Part shown: piece after piece, positions 18,984-29,060 of the stretch | Numbering within the stretch: position 1 is the first letter of the stretch | How the letters are laid out: every line of letters starts with the position of its first letter | Notes under the pieces: generated by a model | The model's database searches: none | What the model was told of the DNA's origin: nothing | What the model saw: only the letters and a program-made list of their open reading frames with translations | Program-made: the position numbers and the translations under genes | Origin: Vicinamibacteria bacterium | GTDB lineage: Bacteria; Acidobacteriota; Vicinamibacteria; Marinacidobacterales; Marinacidobacteraceae | DNA length: 64,000 bases | Assembly (NCBI GenBank): GCA_964291235.2 | Contig: OZ219816.1 | Location: forward strand, 96,001 to 160,000 | Direction of reading: 5' to 3'

Positions 18984-21900
18984 CTACCGACCGATGACGC
19001 GGTAAACGGCGGGAATGACGAGCAGGGTGAGCGCCGTGGAGAGGAGCAGTCCCCCGATGACAGCGATCGCCATCGGGGTGCGCAGTTCGCTGCCCTCTCC
19101 AAGACCGATGGCCATCGGAAGCAGCCCCAGCACGGTCGTCGAAGTGGTCATCAGGATCGGCCGGAGGCGGACCTTGCCGGCCTCGCGAAGCGCGTCCAGC
19201 TTGGCCATCCCGTTTCGCCGGAGGCGGTTCGTCGTGTCGAGCAGCAGAATGGCGTTGTTCACCACGATGCCCGCCAGCATGATCACCCCGATCAGCACCA
19301 CCACGCTCACCGTCACCGAGAAGAGCTTGAGGGCGAAGATGACCCCGACCAGGGAAAACGGGACCGAGAAAAGGATGACGAAGGGATGGAGCAGCGACTC
19401 GAACTGCGAAGCCATCACCAGGTACACCATGAACACCGCCAGCAGGATCGCGAACTGCATGCTCGCGAACGAGGTTTCCATTTCTTCCTGTTGGCCGCCG
19501 AGCCGCCAGCTGAAGCTGGCGGGCATGGAGATTCCGCCCATCAGCGCCTCGATGTCGCCAGCCACGCTGCCGAGATCCCGGCCGACGATGTTCGCGGTAA
19601 TCGTCGCCACCCGCTCGCCGTCGGCGCGCCGGATTTCCGCGGGACCGGTCACTTCGTCCACGTCGGCCACGCTGGAGAGCGGGATCGTGGCGACCCCGCC
19701 GTCGGAAATGTTCAGGTTCCGAAGATCCTCGACGCTGTCGCGGAAGGATTCGTCGGTGCGGAGACGGATGTCGATGGACCGATCCTCCCGCTGGATGTCG
19801 GTCGCCACGTCCCCGAGCACCTTGGAGCGAATCAGCGTACCGAGCTGGTTCACGTTGTAGCCGAGCGCCGCCACCCGGTCACGGTGGAACCGCACCTGGA
19901 GTTCCGGGTTCCCCCCCTCGGTGGACGACTTCACGTCCACGAGCCCGGGGATCGCCCGGAGGCCGGCGACCGCCTCTTCGGCGGTCCGTTCGAGCATCGT
20001 GAGATTGAACCCGCGGATCTCGAGTTCCACGGGAGTCCGGAAACTGAAGTAGGACGGGCGTCCGAAGACGTAGAGGAGATCCTCGTCGCCTTCGAGGTAC
20101 GGGCGCAGCTCCGCCATCGCCGCGTCTTCGCGGGCCCGATCCACGGGCGGATCCAGCACGACGGTGAGCTGGCCGATGTTTTCGCGCAGTTCGCCGGCGG
20201 CCCCTCCCTGCTGGCTGCTGGTCCCCACGGTGGCATACACGGTGCGGACACCGGAGACTTCAGCCGCCGTCTCTTCCAGGCGGGAGAGACGGCGTGAGTT
20301 GAGGTCGAGATGGGTGCCCGCGGGGAGTTCCGTGTCCACGAAGAACTCGCCCTGGATCAATTCGGGCACGAGCTCGGTGCCGAGCGAGGGCACCGTATAG
20401 AGCGCTCCGGCAAACAGGGCGACGGCCAGAGCCCCGACGCGGAAGGGATGGTTGAGAGCCCCGCTCAGGACCGGCGGATACGCCCGCACGATGCCGTCAT
20501 AAACCAGGCGGAAGAGCCGGCTCGGCAGCCAGAGGATTCCCTTGACGACGAGATCGACACCCCGCACGATTCCGAAGACCACCCACAGGACTCCCCCACT
20601 GACGGCGCTCACGGCCTTGCCGAAGAGTTGGCCGGACTTGGTCCGGAACGAAGCCTGTTCCGAGGCGCCCGCCGCCCGGAACTCGCGCGACGCAAGCATC
20701 GGGATCAGCGTGAGGGCGACCAGCAGGGAAACCGCCAGCGAGAAGGTCACCGTAAGGGCCTGATCGCCGAACAACTGTCCGGCAATGCCCTCGACGAACA
20801 CGATCGGAACGAACACGCAGACCGTCGTCATGGTGCTCGCGACCACAGCTTGCCCAACCTCGCCGGTACCGGCACGCGAAGCCTCGACGAGGCCGAGTCC
20901 GTCCTGCCGTTTTCGCTTGATCGCCTCCAGCACCACGATGGAGTTGTCCACGAGGAGTCCGATCCCGAGGGTGATGCCGCCGAGCGACATGATGTTGAGC
21001 GAGACGCCCGACACGTACATCAGGAAGAACGTCCCGATTACCGAGATGGGGATGGAGACCCCGATGATCAGGGTGGACCGGAGTTCCCCGAGGAAGAGCA
21101 CCAGCACGAAGATCGCGAGGATTCCCCCCATCACCGCGGTCTGCAGAACCTCGGAAACCGACTGGCGGATGTAGCGGGCCTGGTCGGTCACCAGGGTGAG
21201 GGCGAGGTCCTCGCCCACCTGTTCGAGGCGCCCCTCAAGTTCCTCGACGCGGGTGAGGACTTCATCCGCGACGGTTACCGTGTTTGTCCCACCTTCCTTG
21301 TACACGGCGATTTCGATGGACTCCCGGCCGTCGATACGGGTGATGACCTCGCGTTCCTTGGAGCCGCGGCGGATGGTGGCCACGTCGTCCAGCCGGATCA
21401 CGGTTCGTTCCGCGTCCACCACGATGTTGTTCATGTCCTCGGGACGCTCGAACTCGTTGATCGTGCGGACCAGGTACTCGGTACCGCCGTCGAGCAGGCG
21501 TCCGGCGGTGAGATTCACGTTCTCCTGGCCGAGCCGAGCCACAACCGCGGGCACCGAGAGACCCAGGTTGGCGACCTTCCGCTCGTCGATCTCGACGTGG
21601 ATTTCTTCCTCGAGGCCGCCACTGACCAGTACCGCGGCTACCCCCTCGACGCGTTCCAGGTTGCGCTGGATTTCCTGCTCGGCGATCAGCCGCAGCCGCA
21701 CGAGATCCTCATTGCCGGTGAGTCCGAAGCGAAGAATCGGGTCCAGCGAGGGATCGAATCGCAGAAGAGTTGGCCGCGGGGCGTCGAGTGGCAGCCGCAC
21801 CACGTCGAGACGTTCGCGCACATCGAGCGCCGCCATGTCCATGTCGGTTCCCCACCCGAACTCGAGCGTGACTTCGCTGAGATCGGGCCGGGAAGAGGAG

Positions 21901-22142
21901 ATGACCCGGACCACGTTGTTGACCACGCCGACCGCGTTCTCGATGGGCCGGGTGATCAGGTTCTCGATCTCGCTGGGAGCGGCCCCCTCGTACTCGGTGC
22001 GGACGTTCAGCGACGGATAGGTGATATCCGGGAGCAAGTCAACCGAAAGCCGGTCGAAACCGACGACTCCGAACACCACGATCGCGATGAACAGCACCAC
22101 GACCGTGACCGGGCGCCGGATGGAAAAGTCAACGATGCGCAT
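18984..22142 (-). CDS. RND efflux permease (AcrB/AcrD/AcrF family)
   Basis: 1052 aa, RND topology; LNIMSLGG, VDNSIVV, RLRPILMT. Confidence 0.95.
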   Translation of the reverse strand: MRIVDFSIRRPVTVVVLFIAIVVFGVVGFDRLSVDLLPDITYPSLNVRTEYEGAAPSEIENLITRPIENAVGVVNNVVRVISSSRPDLSEVTLEFGWGTDMDMAALDVRERLDVVRLPLDAPRPTLLRFDPSLDPILRFGLTGNEDLVRLRLIAEQEIQRNLERVEGVAAVLVSGGLEEEIHVEIDERKVANLGLSVPAVVARLGQENVNLTAGRLLDGGTEYLVRTINEFERPEDMNNIVVDAERTVIRLDDVATIRRGSKEREVITRIDGRESIEIAVYKEGGTNTVTVADEVLTRVEELEGRLEQVGEDLALTLVTDQARYIRQSVSEVLQTAVMGGILAIFVLVLFLGELRSTLIIGVSIPISVIGTFFLMYVSGVSLNIMSLGGITLGIGLLVDNSIVVLEAIKRKRQDGLGLVEASRAGTGEVGQAVVASTMTTVCVFVPIVFVEGIAGQLFGDQALTVTFSLAVSLLVALTLIPMLASREFRAAGASEQASFRTKSGQLFGKAVSAVSGGVLWVVFGIVRGVDLVVKGILWLPSRLFRLVYDGIVRAYPPVLSGALNHPFRVGALAVALFAGALYTVPSLGTELVPELIQGEFFVDTELPAGTHLDLNSRRLSRLEETAAEVSGVRTVYATVGTSSQQGGAAGELRENIGQLTVVLDPPVDRAREDAAMAELRPYLEGDEDLLYVFGRPSYFSFRTPVELEIRGFNLTMLERTAEEAVAGLRAIPGLVDVKSSTEGGNPELQVRFHRDRVAALGYNVNQLGTLIRSKVLGDVATDIQREDRSIDIRLRTDESFRDSVEDLRNLNISDGGVATIPLSSVADVDEVTGPAEIRRADGERVATITANIVGRDLGSVAGDIEALMGGISMPASFSWRLGGQQEEMETSFASMQFAILLAVFMVYLVMASQFESLLHPFVILFSVPFSLVGVIFALKLFSVTVSVVVLIGVIMLAGIVVNNAILLLDTTNRLRRNGMAKLDALREAGKVRLRPILMTTSTTVLGLLPMAIGLGEGSELRTPMAIAVIGGLLLSTALTLLVIPAVYRVIGR

Positions 22143-22176
22143 CGCGTCTTCGGGATCGGTGAGGGGGTCGCGCCTG

Positions 22177-24045
22177 TTACTGCGGCCGGCGGCGGCGGGC
22201 GACGATCTCCTCGATCTGCTCTTCCGTCATGCCCCGTTCGCGCAAGCGTTCACGGAGCGCTTCGAGTTGTTCAGCAGTGGGCTCCGCGTTCGGAGCGGCC
22301 ATTTCCGTCGCCGGAGACCCTCCCCACCCCTGGCGAACCCGCTCCTCGATCTGCTCGTCGGTCAGGCCCATGGAGCGCAGCCGCGACCGGATCGCTTCCT
22401 GGGTTTCGGGCGGAAGACTCTCGAAGGAGGGCGCCGAATCTGCCGGACGACTCGTTCCGGTCGTTCCGGTCGTTCCGGCCGTCCCGGATGCTGCGGCGCG
22501 GGCGCCGGCTGCCCGGGCCCTCGCTCCGCGGCCTGGGCGAGGCGCCGCTGCGAGGGCTGCCGACTCTCCGGCCTGGACGGGCGCCGCGTTCGGAGCGGCG
22601 GGCGCCTCTGGGGCGGCGGGCCCACCCTTCGCGGATGGCGCCGGGGCTCCCGCGGGTCGCGCCACAGGCGGCCTCTCACCGGAACCCGGGCGGCCGCGTC
22701 CGGCCGGCGGAGCCCCGCCGGCCGCCATGGCGGCCAGCCGTTCGTCGATCTGCTCGTCGGTCATGCCGCGGGCCCGCATTCGCTCGCGCATCGCGGCGCG
22801 CCGCTCGTCGGTCATTTCGGCCCCGCCGCCCGGACCCGCTCCGGCAGCGGTGCGCGCCGGACGCTCTTCGGCGCCCGGCCCGACGAGGATTTGCACCGGG
22901 GTGGCGTCCGTCAGCCCGTCCTGGCCAACCACGATGACGCGGTCACCCCGATCAAGGCCGCTCGTGACCTCCACCTGGTCGTCCTGGTCGTAGCCGAGAG
23001 TGATGTTGCGCCGGAAGGCGACCCCGTCCTCGACCACGAAGACCGAGTCGGCAAGGCTCTCCAGCGAGAGGGCCCGCTTGGGCATGATCAGCGCGTTCTG
23101 GCGGATGTCGGTGACCAGCCGCACCGAGGCGAACATGCCGGGGCTGAGCCGTCTCTGCCGGTCTACCGCCAAGGTCACCCGAATGGTTCCCGTCGCCGCG
23201 TCCACCACGGGACTGATCCGCAGAACCCGGCCCTCGAACCGTTCGCCGGGAAAGGCCTCCACTTCCAGGATCGCCGGCTGTCCGAGGGAGAGCCGGGTCA
23301 GATCCCGCTCGGGCACCCCGATAGTGCAGAGCAGCGGATCGAAGTCGGAGATCCGGAAGAGCTGCTGCCCCGCCGTCACCGTTTCGCCGAACTTCACGGC
23401 GCGCTGGATGATCAAGCCGTCGAACGGAGCCGTGATGCGGGTGTAGCCGAGCTGGATCTCGTTCCCGGCGAGCTGGGCTCTCGCCGATTCCAGCGCCGAC
23501 AGGGCCGTGTCGTACACCTCCTGGCTCACGACGGCGTTCTCGAGCGAGGCCTTGGCGCGGTTGTAGACGATTTCGGCATCCTGGAGCGCGACCCGGGAGA
23601 TCTCCACCTGGGCGCGGGCCTCCAACTCGTCGATCTGGGCGAGGAGTTCACCGGCCTTCACCTGCCGGCCTTCTTCGGTGTCGAGGGCCACCAGGGGACC
23701 GCCAACGCGGGAGACAATGTCCACTTCGCGCTCGGCTTCCAGAGTTCCGTTCGTCTCGATGAACGCCGAGATTTCTCCCGGCAGGATCTCGACGACCTCA
23801 ACGGGCACCGCGGATTCCGGACGCGGCGCGCCCCCAAAACCGCCCGGAGGTCCGCTACCCGATCCACCCTGACCACGTCCGGCAGACCCGCCTGGGCCGG
23901 CGGCCTCTTCGGAAGAGCCGCACGCCGTGATGGCGGCAAGTCCGACCAGAAAACCGACCCGGGCCAGCGCTTGGAAAAGCTCTCGGCCGGGGTTCTTGCG
24001 GCCCCGGCGAGGAGGTGTCTTTGTGTGGGGCACGAATTCCCTCAT
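22177..24045 (-). CDS. RND periplasmic adaptor (MFP) with long C-terminal repeat extension
   Basis: Lipobox-like ITAC; lipoyl/hairpin motifs (VKAGELLA, ITAPFDG, VDAATGT); about 230 aa of extra tail. Confidence 0.9.
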   Translation of the reverse strand: MREFVPHTKTPPRRGRKNPGRELFQALARVGFLVGLAAITACGSSEEAAGPGGSAGRGQGGSGSGPPGGFGGAPRPESAVPVEVVEILPGEISAFIETNGTLEAEREVDIVSRVGGPLVALDTEEGRQVKAGELLAQIDELEARAQVEISRVALQDAEIVYNRAKASLENAVVSQEVYDTALSALESARAQLAGNEIQLGYTRITAPFDGLIIQRAVKFGETVTAGQQLFRISDFDPLLCTIGVPERDLTRLSLGQPAILEVEAFPGERFEGRVLRISPVVDAATGTIRVTLAVDRQRRLSPGMFASVRLVTDIRQNALIMPKRALSLESLADSVFVVEDGVAFRRNITLGYDQDDQVEVTSGLDRGDRVIVVGQDGLTDATPVQILVGPGAEERPARTAAGAGPGGGAEMTDERRAAMRERMRARGMTDEQIDERLAAMAAGGAPPAGRGRPGSGERPPVARPAGAPAPSAKGGPAAPEAPAAPNAAPVQAGESAALAAAPRPGRGARARAAGARAAASGTAGTTGTTGTSRPADSAPSFESLPPETQEAIRSRLRSMGLTDEQIEERVRQGWGGSPATEMAAPNAEPTAEQLEALRERLRERGMTEEQIEEIVARRRRPQ

Positions 24046-27000
24046 TGCGTTACCGGATTCAGGGCCGGCACACCGGCGGAGGCCGCGGGCTCAGGGGCCG
24101 CGGACGTTTTCGGGGCCGTGGTGTACGGCCACAGCAGCCGCTTCAGGTCGTCGGTCACCGCGTAGATCGTCGGCACCAGAAGCAGCGTCAGCAGGGTCGA
24201 GGTCGGCAAGCCCCCCGCCAGCACCAAGCCGATCGGGGCCCACTGCCCGGCGCGGCCGTCCACCGACCCGAAAAGGCCGGGCAGAAAGTAGGGTGCGGCA
24301 AGCGGCAAGAGTCCGCAGAAGGTGGTCAGGGCGGTCATCATGACCGGCCGCAGCCGGTGTTCGCTCCCGAGAATGAGCGCCTCGTCCCGCGACATACCCT
24401 GGCGGCGGAGTGCATTGACGTGCGCGATCAGGACGATGGCGTTGTTCACCACGATTCCCGCCAGCAGCACCAGGCCCAGCATCGCGGTGTTACCGAGGGT
24501 CTGGCCGGTGAGCTTCAGCGTGATGGCCACCCCGATGAAGGAGAACGGGATCGAGAACATGATCACCGCGGGGTGGATAAAGCTCTCGAAGAGCGCCACC
24601 ATGATCAGGTAGATCAGCAGCAGCGCGAACGCGAAGGCGAAACCCGCGGCCGCAAAGTCCGTCTGTCCCATCCGGGACCAACGGTCGAAGCTCCATTCGT
24701 AGCCGGGGGGCAGGGCAATATCGGCGAGCTGTTCCTGGACCTGGCCCATGAGCCGGAACGAAGCGCCGGGGACAGTGGTATTGGCGCTGATGGTGAGCTT
24801 CGGGCGCCGATCCTCGCGCTCGATGCTCCGGGGGCCGCTCACCATCTCGAAGTCGGCCATGGCGCCCACCGGCACCCGGGCGCCGCCGACGAAGACCGGC
24901 ATCCGGCGGAGATGATCGAGCTGCTCGCGCTGCTCCTCGGGGTACTGGACCACGATGTCCACTTCGCGCTGGTCGCTTTCGATGGTTCCCGCCGGACGCG
25001 TGGTCAGAGCGCTGCGAACGGTCTGGGCGACCGCGAAGGTGCCCGCCCCGGAGGCAAGCGCCCGCTCTGCGTTCGGGCTGACGTGCAGTTCCTCCGTCCC
25101 GCTCTCGAGCGAGGTGTCCACGTCCCGGATCCACGGAAGGGCGGCCAGCCGCTCCACCACCCGGCCGGAGATCAGCTCGAGGACGTCCATGTCATCGCCC
25201 TTCAGGTCCAGCCGAATTCCACCGCCCCGGCCGGGGCCGCGGCCACGACTCTCGGCGATCCGGAAATTCACTCCGGCGACCGTAGGAAGCATCTCCCGGA
25301 TCTCGTCCGTGATTTCCTGAACGCTCCGTTCCGATTCCGTCTCGTCCACGAGATACAACTCGAACCGCCGGCCGCCGCCGCCGTAGCCGCCTCGGCGACG
25401 CCCTCCCCCGCGGCGGTACTCGTGGACCACGTCGGCGATCTCCAGTTCCTCCCGCCGCTCCTCGATAAGGGCGGCAACCGACTCCATCACCTCGCGGGTC
25501 TCGTCCAGTGTGTAGGCCCGGGGCACATCCACATTGATGGTCACCTCGCGTTCCACCGTGCTGTCGAAGCTGGAGCGTTCGATGTTCTGGTAAAGGACCC
25601 ACGCCACTCCCAGCAGACCGACGGCTACCAGCAGCGAGACGAACCGATGGTGGAGGGTGCGCCGGATGACCTTTCCGTGGAGACGGCCAAGGAGGCGCAT
25701 GGTCCGCGAATAGACGCGCCGTTCGTTCCGGAGCACGACCCCGGCCATCATCGGCACCACGGTGAGCGCGACGAGGAGAGAAGCCACGATCACGACGCTC
25801 AAGGTGAACCCGAAGTCGGTGAAGATGCGGAAGAAGCCGCCCATCGTCGCACCGAGGAAAACGAGGGGCACGAAGACACACATGGTGGTCGCCGCTCCGG
25901 CGATGATCGGCATGGTCACCGCCGAGGCGCCGTGAATGGCCGCCGTGCGGGAGTCTTCCTTGTGCTCCGTGAAGTGCCGCGAGATCGAGTCGATGACCAC
26001 GATGGCCGGATCGGCAAGCATGCCGACGGCCACCATCAGCCCGAAGAGGCTGATCACGTTCAGGGTGGTGTCCACCATCCCCGTCTGCCGGCCCAGGTAC
26101 ATGATCACGAAGGTGGTAATGATCGAAAGCGGAATGGCCACCGCCACGAGCAGGGTGGTCCTTGCCTTCTGCAGGAACAGCAGCAGGATGATCATGGCCA
26201 GGCCGCCGCCGAAGAGGCCGGCAAGGGTCAACTGGGACAGTCCGCCTCGAACGTCGAGCGAGGAGTCCTGGATGTAGCGCATCTCGACGCCGTCATGGCG
26301 GGGGATAGCGGCGATGTCCGCCATCTCCCCCTTGACCCCGTCGGCGACGTCCAGCACGTTCGCGTTCGAAGCCTTGTAGATACGGAAGGTGACCGCTTCC
26401 TCGCCGTTCAGGAAGTCGAACGAGGTCTGCGTCGGAAGCTCGTAGGTAACGTCGGCGACATCACTCAGGCGCAAACCGGCCTCGCCGATAGGCGTTTCAC
26501 GGATGTCCTCAGGTCTTTGGAACTCCCCGACCGTCCGGACAATGAGCTTGCGGGAACCGTCGGTGATCGTCCCGCCCGAGACGTTCACGTTGTTCTGGGT
26601 CAGCACCTCCGAGACATCGCGCACGTCCACCCCGAGCGCCTCCATCCGCTGTGGGTCCATGCTCACGCGCAGTTCCCGGCGGCGCACGCCGCGAACGTCC
26701 ACGCTCGCCACCCCCTCGAGGCGCTCCAACCGCGGCTGCACGATGTCTTCGGCGAAGTCGAACAGGCGTTCCCGCTCCCACGGCGCTCCGAGATGGAACT
26801 GGAGAATGGGGATGTCCGTGCTCTGGAACCGGCGGATATTGATGCGTTCGATGTCGTCGGGAAGGAGGTGACGCACCCGGTCCACCCGGTCGCGGGCCTC
26901 CACCACCATGAGGTCCATGTCCGCGGTTTCCTCGAACTCGAGGCTCACGTTGCCGCTATTGGCGTTCGCGGTGGCGGTGAGGACGGTGATCCCGGGGATG

Positions 27001-27272
27001 GTGCCCAAGCTCTCTTCGAGCGGACGGACTATGAGGCGCTCGGTCTCCTCGGGAGAGGAGGACTCGTAGTCCACGCTCACCCAGAGGCTGTTGGCGCCGA
27101 ACGAGGGAAGGAATTCGAGCGGCAGACGGGTGAGCGAGACGTAGCCCAGCACGACCAGCCCGACAGCGATCATGCTGATCGTGACCCGCCGGTCCACCGC
27201 GAAGCGGGCGAGCGCGCTACCGCGCTCCGCACCCTGCTCGTGGGGGTGACGGTGTTGGTCCGGTCCGGTCAT
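24042..27272 (-). CDS. RND efflux permease (second paralog)
   Basis: 1076 aa; LNVISLFG, GIVVNNAIV, RLRPVMMT. Confidence 0.93.
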   Translation of the reverse strand: MTGPDQHRHPHEQGAERGSALARFAVDRRVTISMIAVGLVVLGYVSLTRLPLEFLPSFGANSLWVSVDYESSSPEETERLIVRPLEESLGTIPGITVLTATANANSGNVSLEFEETADMDLMVVEARDRVDRVRHLLPDDIERINIRRFQSTDIPILQFHLGAPWERERLFDFAEDIVQPRLERLEGVASVDVRGVRRRELRVSMDPQRMEALGVDVRDVSEVLTQNNVNVSGGTITDGSRKLIVRTVGEFQRPEDIRETPIGEAGLRLSDVADVTYELPTQTSFDFLNGEEAVTFRIYKASNANVLDVADGVKGEMADIAAIPRHDGVEMRYIQDSSLDVRGGLSQLTLAGLFGGGLAMIILLLFLQKARTTLLVAVAIPLSIITTFVIMYLGRQTGMVDTTLNVISLFGLMVAVGMLADPAIVVIDSISRHFTEHKEDSRTAAIHGASAVTMPIIAGAATTMCVFVPLVFLGATMGGFFRIFTDFGFTLSVVIVASLLVALTVVPMMAGVVLRNERRVYSRTMRLLGRLHGKVIRRTLHHRFVSLLVAVGLLGVAWVLYQNIERSSFDSTVEREVTINVDVPRAYTLDETREVMESVAALIEERREELEIADVVHEYRRGGGRRRGGYGGGGRRFELYLVDETESERSVQEITDEIREMLPTVAGVNFRIAESRGRGPGRGGGIRLDLKGDDMDVLELISGRVVERLAALPWIRDVDTSLESGTEELHVSPNAERALASGAGTFAVAQTVRSALTTRPAGTIESDQREVDIVVQYPEEQREQLDHLRRMPVFVGGARVPVGAMADFEMVSGPRSIEREDRRPKLTISANTTVPGASFRLMGQVQEQLADIALPPGYEWSFDRWSRMGQTDFAAAGFAFAFALLLIYLIMVALFESFIHPAVIMFSIPFSFIGVAITLKLTGQTLGNTAMLGLVLLAGIVVNNAIVLIAHVNALRRQGMSRDEALILGSEHRLRPVMMTALTTFCGLLPLAAPYFLPGLFGSVDGRAGQWAPIGLVLAGGLPTSTLLTLLLVPTIYAVTDDLKRLLWPYTTAPKTSAAPEPAASAGVPALNPVTQ

Positions 27273-27844
27273 CGCGTTCCTCCCTCCGGGGTCGTTCCTT
27301 CCGCTGAACCCTCTACGGAATCATCGTCGCCACCGTTCCGTTCCCTCTCGCTGAGCATCGCATCGAAGGCCTGGCGCTGTTCGTCCGTGAGGATTTCGCG
27401 GATCTGTTCGCGGAAACGCTGCCGCAGTTCGCCGTAGCGGGCGTAGGTGTCGTCCCAAAAGGCGCTCGCCTCGGCCCGGTTGGCCTCGACGAAAGCGTCC
27501 ATCTGAGCCTGTTGGTCTTCATCGAGTCCGAGGCGGCGCACGAGCTGATTCCGGAATCTCCGGCTTCGCTGCTCACCGTCGGAAGCGTCGCGCCCACGCG
27601 AACGCGCCCGCTCGGTGCGCTCGCCGCCGCGCCGGTCGGACCGGCCGTCGGAGCCGGAGCGTTCCCGATGCTCGATCCGGTGTTCCCCGGCGGAGCGGCG
27701 ATGCATCCGGCCGGACATTGCGAGATGGCTGGCGATGACTCCGGCGCCGAATCCGACGAGGATGAGCAACAGCGGGGTCAGCCGCTTCCAGCGGCGGTTC
27801 GTCGCCGCGTCGGCGGCCGGGGTCACGTCGTGTTGTTCCGGCAT
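27269..27844 (-). CDS. Membrane-anchored Spy/CpxP-like helical protein
   Basis: Single TM followed by LGLDEDQ...ILTDEQ (LTxxQ-like) motifs. Confidence 0.65.
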   Translation of the reverse strand: MPEQHDVTPAADAATNRRWKRLTPLLLILVGFGAGVIASHLAMSGRMHRRSAGEHRIEHRERSGSDGRSDRRGGERTERARSRGRDASDGEQRSRRFRNQLVRRLGLDEDQQAQMDAFVEANRAEASAFWDDTYARYGELRQRFREQIREILTDEQRQAFDAMLSERERNGGDDDSVEGSAEGTTPEGGTR

Positions 27845-27847
27845 CGC

Positions 27848-28348
27848 TCAGCGTCCTTCCGCCGGCGCGAAGCCGCCACCAAGCGCAATCAGGAGCACCG
27901 GTTCCTCGGCAAGGTCCGGCTCTCCAAGAGCCTCAAACTCCGGCGCGACCAGCATCTGGTCCTCCAGGGCCAGCAGGTCGAACTCCTCGACCGCCGGAAC
28001 CGCGTCCGCCAGGATCTCCCCCTCGGGCCTCTCGGCCTGCCAGACACTGAGGCCGGCGGCGATCAGGGTCAGGGCGGCCACGGCCGCGAGCCGGTACCCC
28101 AGTTCTCGCCAGGTCCACCGCAGGACCGGCGAGAGGTCGTCGCGGCGCTCGCGATGGCGGACGAGGAATCCGGGATCGGGTTCGGAACGGACGTCGCGAC
28201 AGTCCCTGAAGAACACCGACACTTCCTGCAGGCGGCGATGTTCGCGCGCGAACCGAGGGTCCGAAACGAGGCGCGCTTCGACGTCCCGGGTCTGGTCCGG
28301 AGAGAGTTCGCCGTCCAGATACGCGGAAAGTAGCTCCCGGTCGTTCAT
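27848..28348 (-). CDS. Anti-sigma factor (single TM)
   Basis: MNDRELLSAYLDGEL anti-sigma domain start, one TM, directly downstream of the ECF sigma. Confidence 0.8.
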   Translation of the reverse strand: MNDRELLSAYLDGELSPDQTRDVEARLVSDPRFAREHRRLQEVSVFFRDCRDVRSEPDPGFLVRHRERRDDLSPVLRWTWRELGYRLAAVAALTLIAAGLSVWQAERPEGEILADAVPAVEEFDLLALEDQMLVAPEFEALGEPDLAEEPVLLIALGGGFAPAEGR

Positions 28349-28350
28349 CG

Positions 28351-28995
28351 TCAACTCCGCGTTCCGAGGGCATCGGCGAGGCGCTGCCTCGCCCGATGGA
28401 TCCGGGACTGCACGGTTCCGAGTGGAACCCCGCAGGATTCGGAGATTTCCCGGTAGGTCATTCCCGCTACCTCCTTCAGTACCAGAGCTTCCCGCTCGTC
28501 CTCGGGCAGCACCCGAAGCGCCGATTCCATCTCGGTTCGCCGGCGCAGCTCTTCCGCCGGGTCGGCGACGCCGGCCTCCTCCGCTGCGTCGCCGGCCGGC
28601 TGCGCGACTTCGAGCAACCGCCGCTGCCTGCCGGCCCGGCGGATTGCGTCGTGCGCCGCGCGAACCGCGATCCGGCAAAGCCAGGCGCCAACCGGCCCGT
28701 CCCCCCGGTAGCTCGACGCCCGCCGGAAAGCGCGGAGAAAGGCCTCCTGGGCCGCATCTTCGGCTTCGGACCGGTTTCGAAGGATGGCGAGAGCCACGGC
28801 GCGCACCCGGCTCTCGGTGCGGCGGACGAGTTCATCGAAGGCCTGAACGTCTCCTTGTTCCCGGAACCGCTGAAGCAGACGGCGCTCCCGGGCGTCCTCC
28901 AGGGCTCGTTCCGCGGGAAGTGGATCAACCGGCGCATCCTTTGGTTCCTCGGAAGAAAGACGCATCGGACCCGCCCGTTTGTTCGCGTCGGGCAA
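28351..28995 (-). CDS. ECF RNA polymerase sigma-70 factor (start may be 28965)
   Basis: AEDAAQEAFLRA, WLCRIA and region 4 GMTYREIS...GTVQSRIHRAR. Confidence 0.92.
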   Translation of the reverse strand: MPDANKRAGPMRLSSEEPKDAPVDPLPAERALEDARERRLLQRFREQGDVQAFDELVRRTESRVRAVALAILRNRSEAEDAAQEAFLRAFRRASSYRGDGPVGAWLCRIAVRAAHDAIRRAGRQRRLLEVAQPAGDAAEEAGVADPAEELRRRTEMESALRVLPEDEREALVLKEVAGMTYREISESCGVPLGTVQSRIHRARQRLADALGTRS

Positions 28996-29060
28996 GAGTG
29001 CGCGGCAGTCTAGTTTCCGGCGGGCGGCCGCGGCGGGGGCCGAGGCGCATAATTCGCCGC

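Noticed and set aside
24015-27437. 1140-aa + strand ORF, and similar long ORFs at 20310-22937, 8561-10897, 60598-63306, 54553-56868, 48807-50615 and 51091-52818
   Set aside because: These are largely antisense shadows of well-supported genes in a high-GC genome, with no recognisable motifs and Arg/His/Gly-biased composition.
27615-29060. N-terminal 482-aa extension of the 859-aa ORF
   Set aside because: It is antisense to the ECF/anti-sigma genes; the real PLP enzyme starts at ATG 29061.
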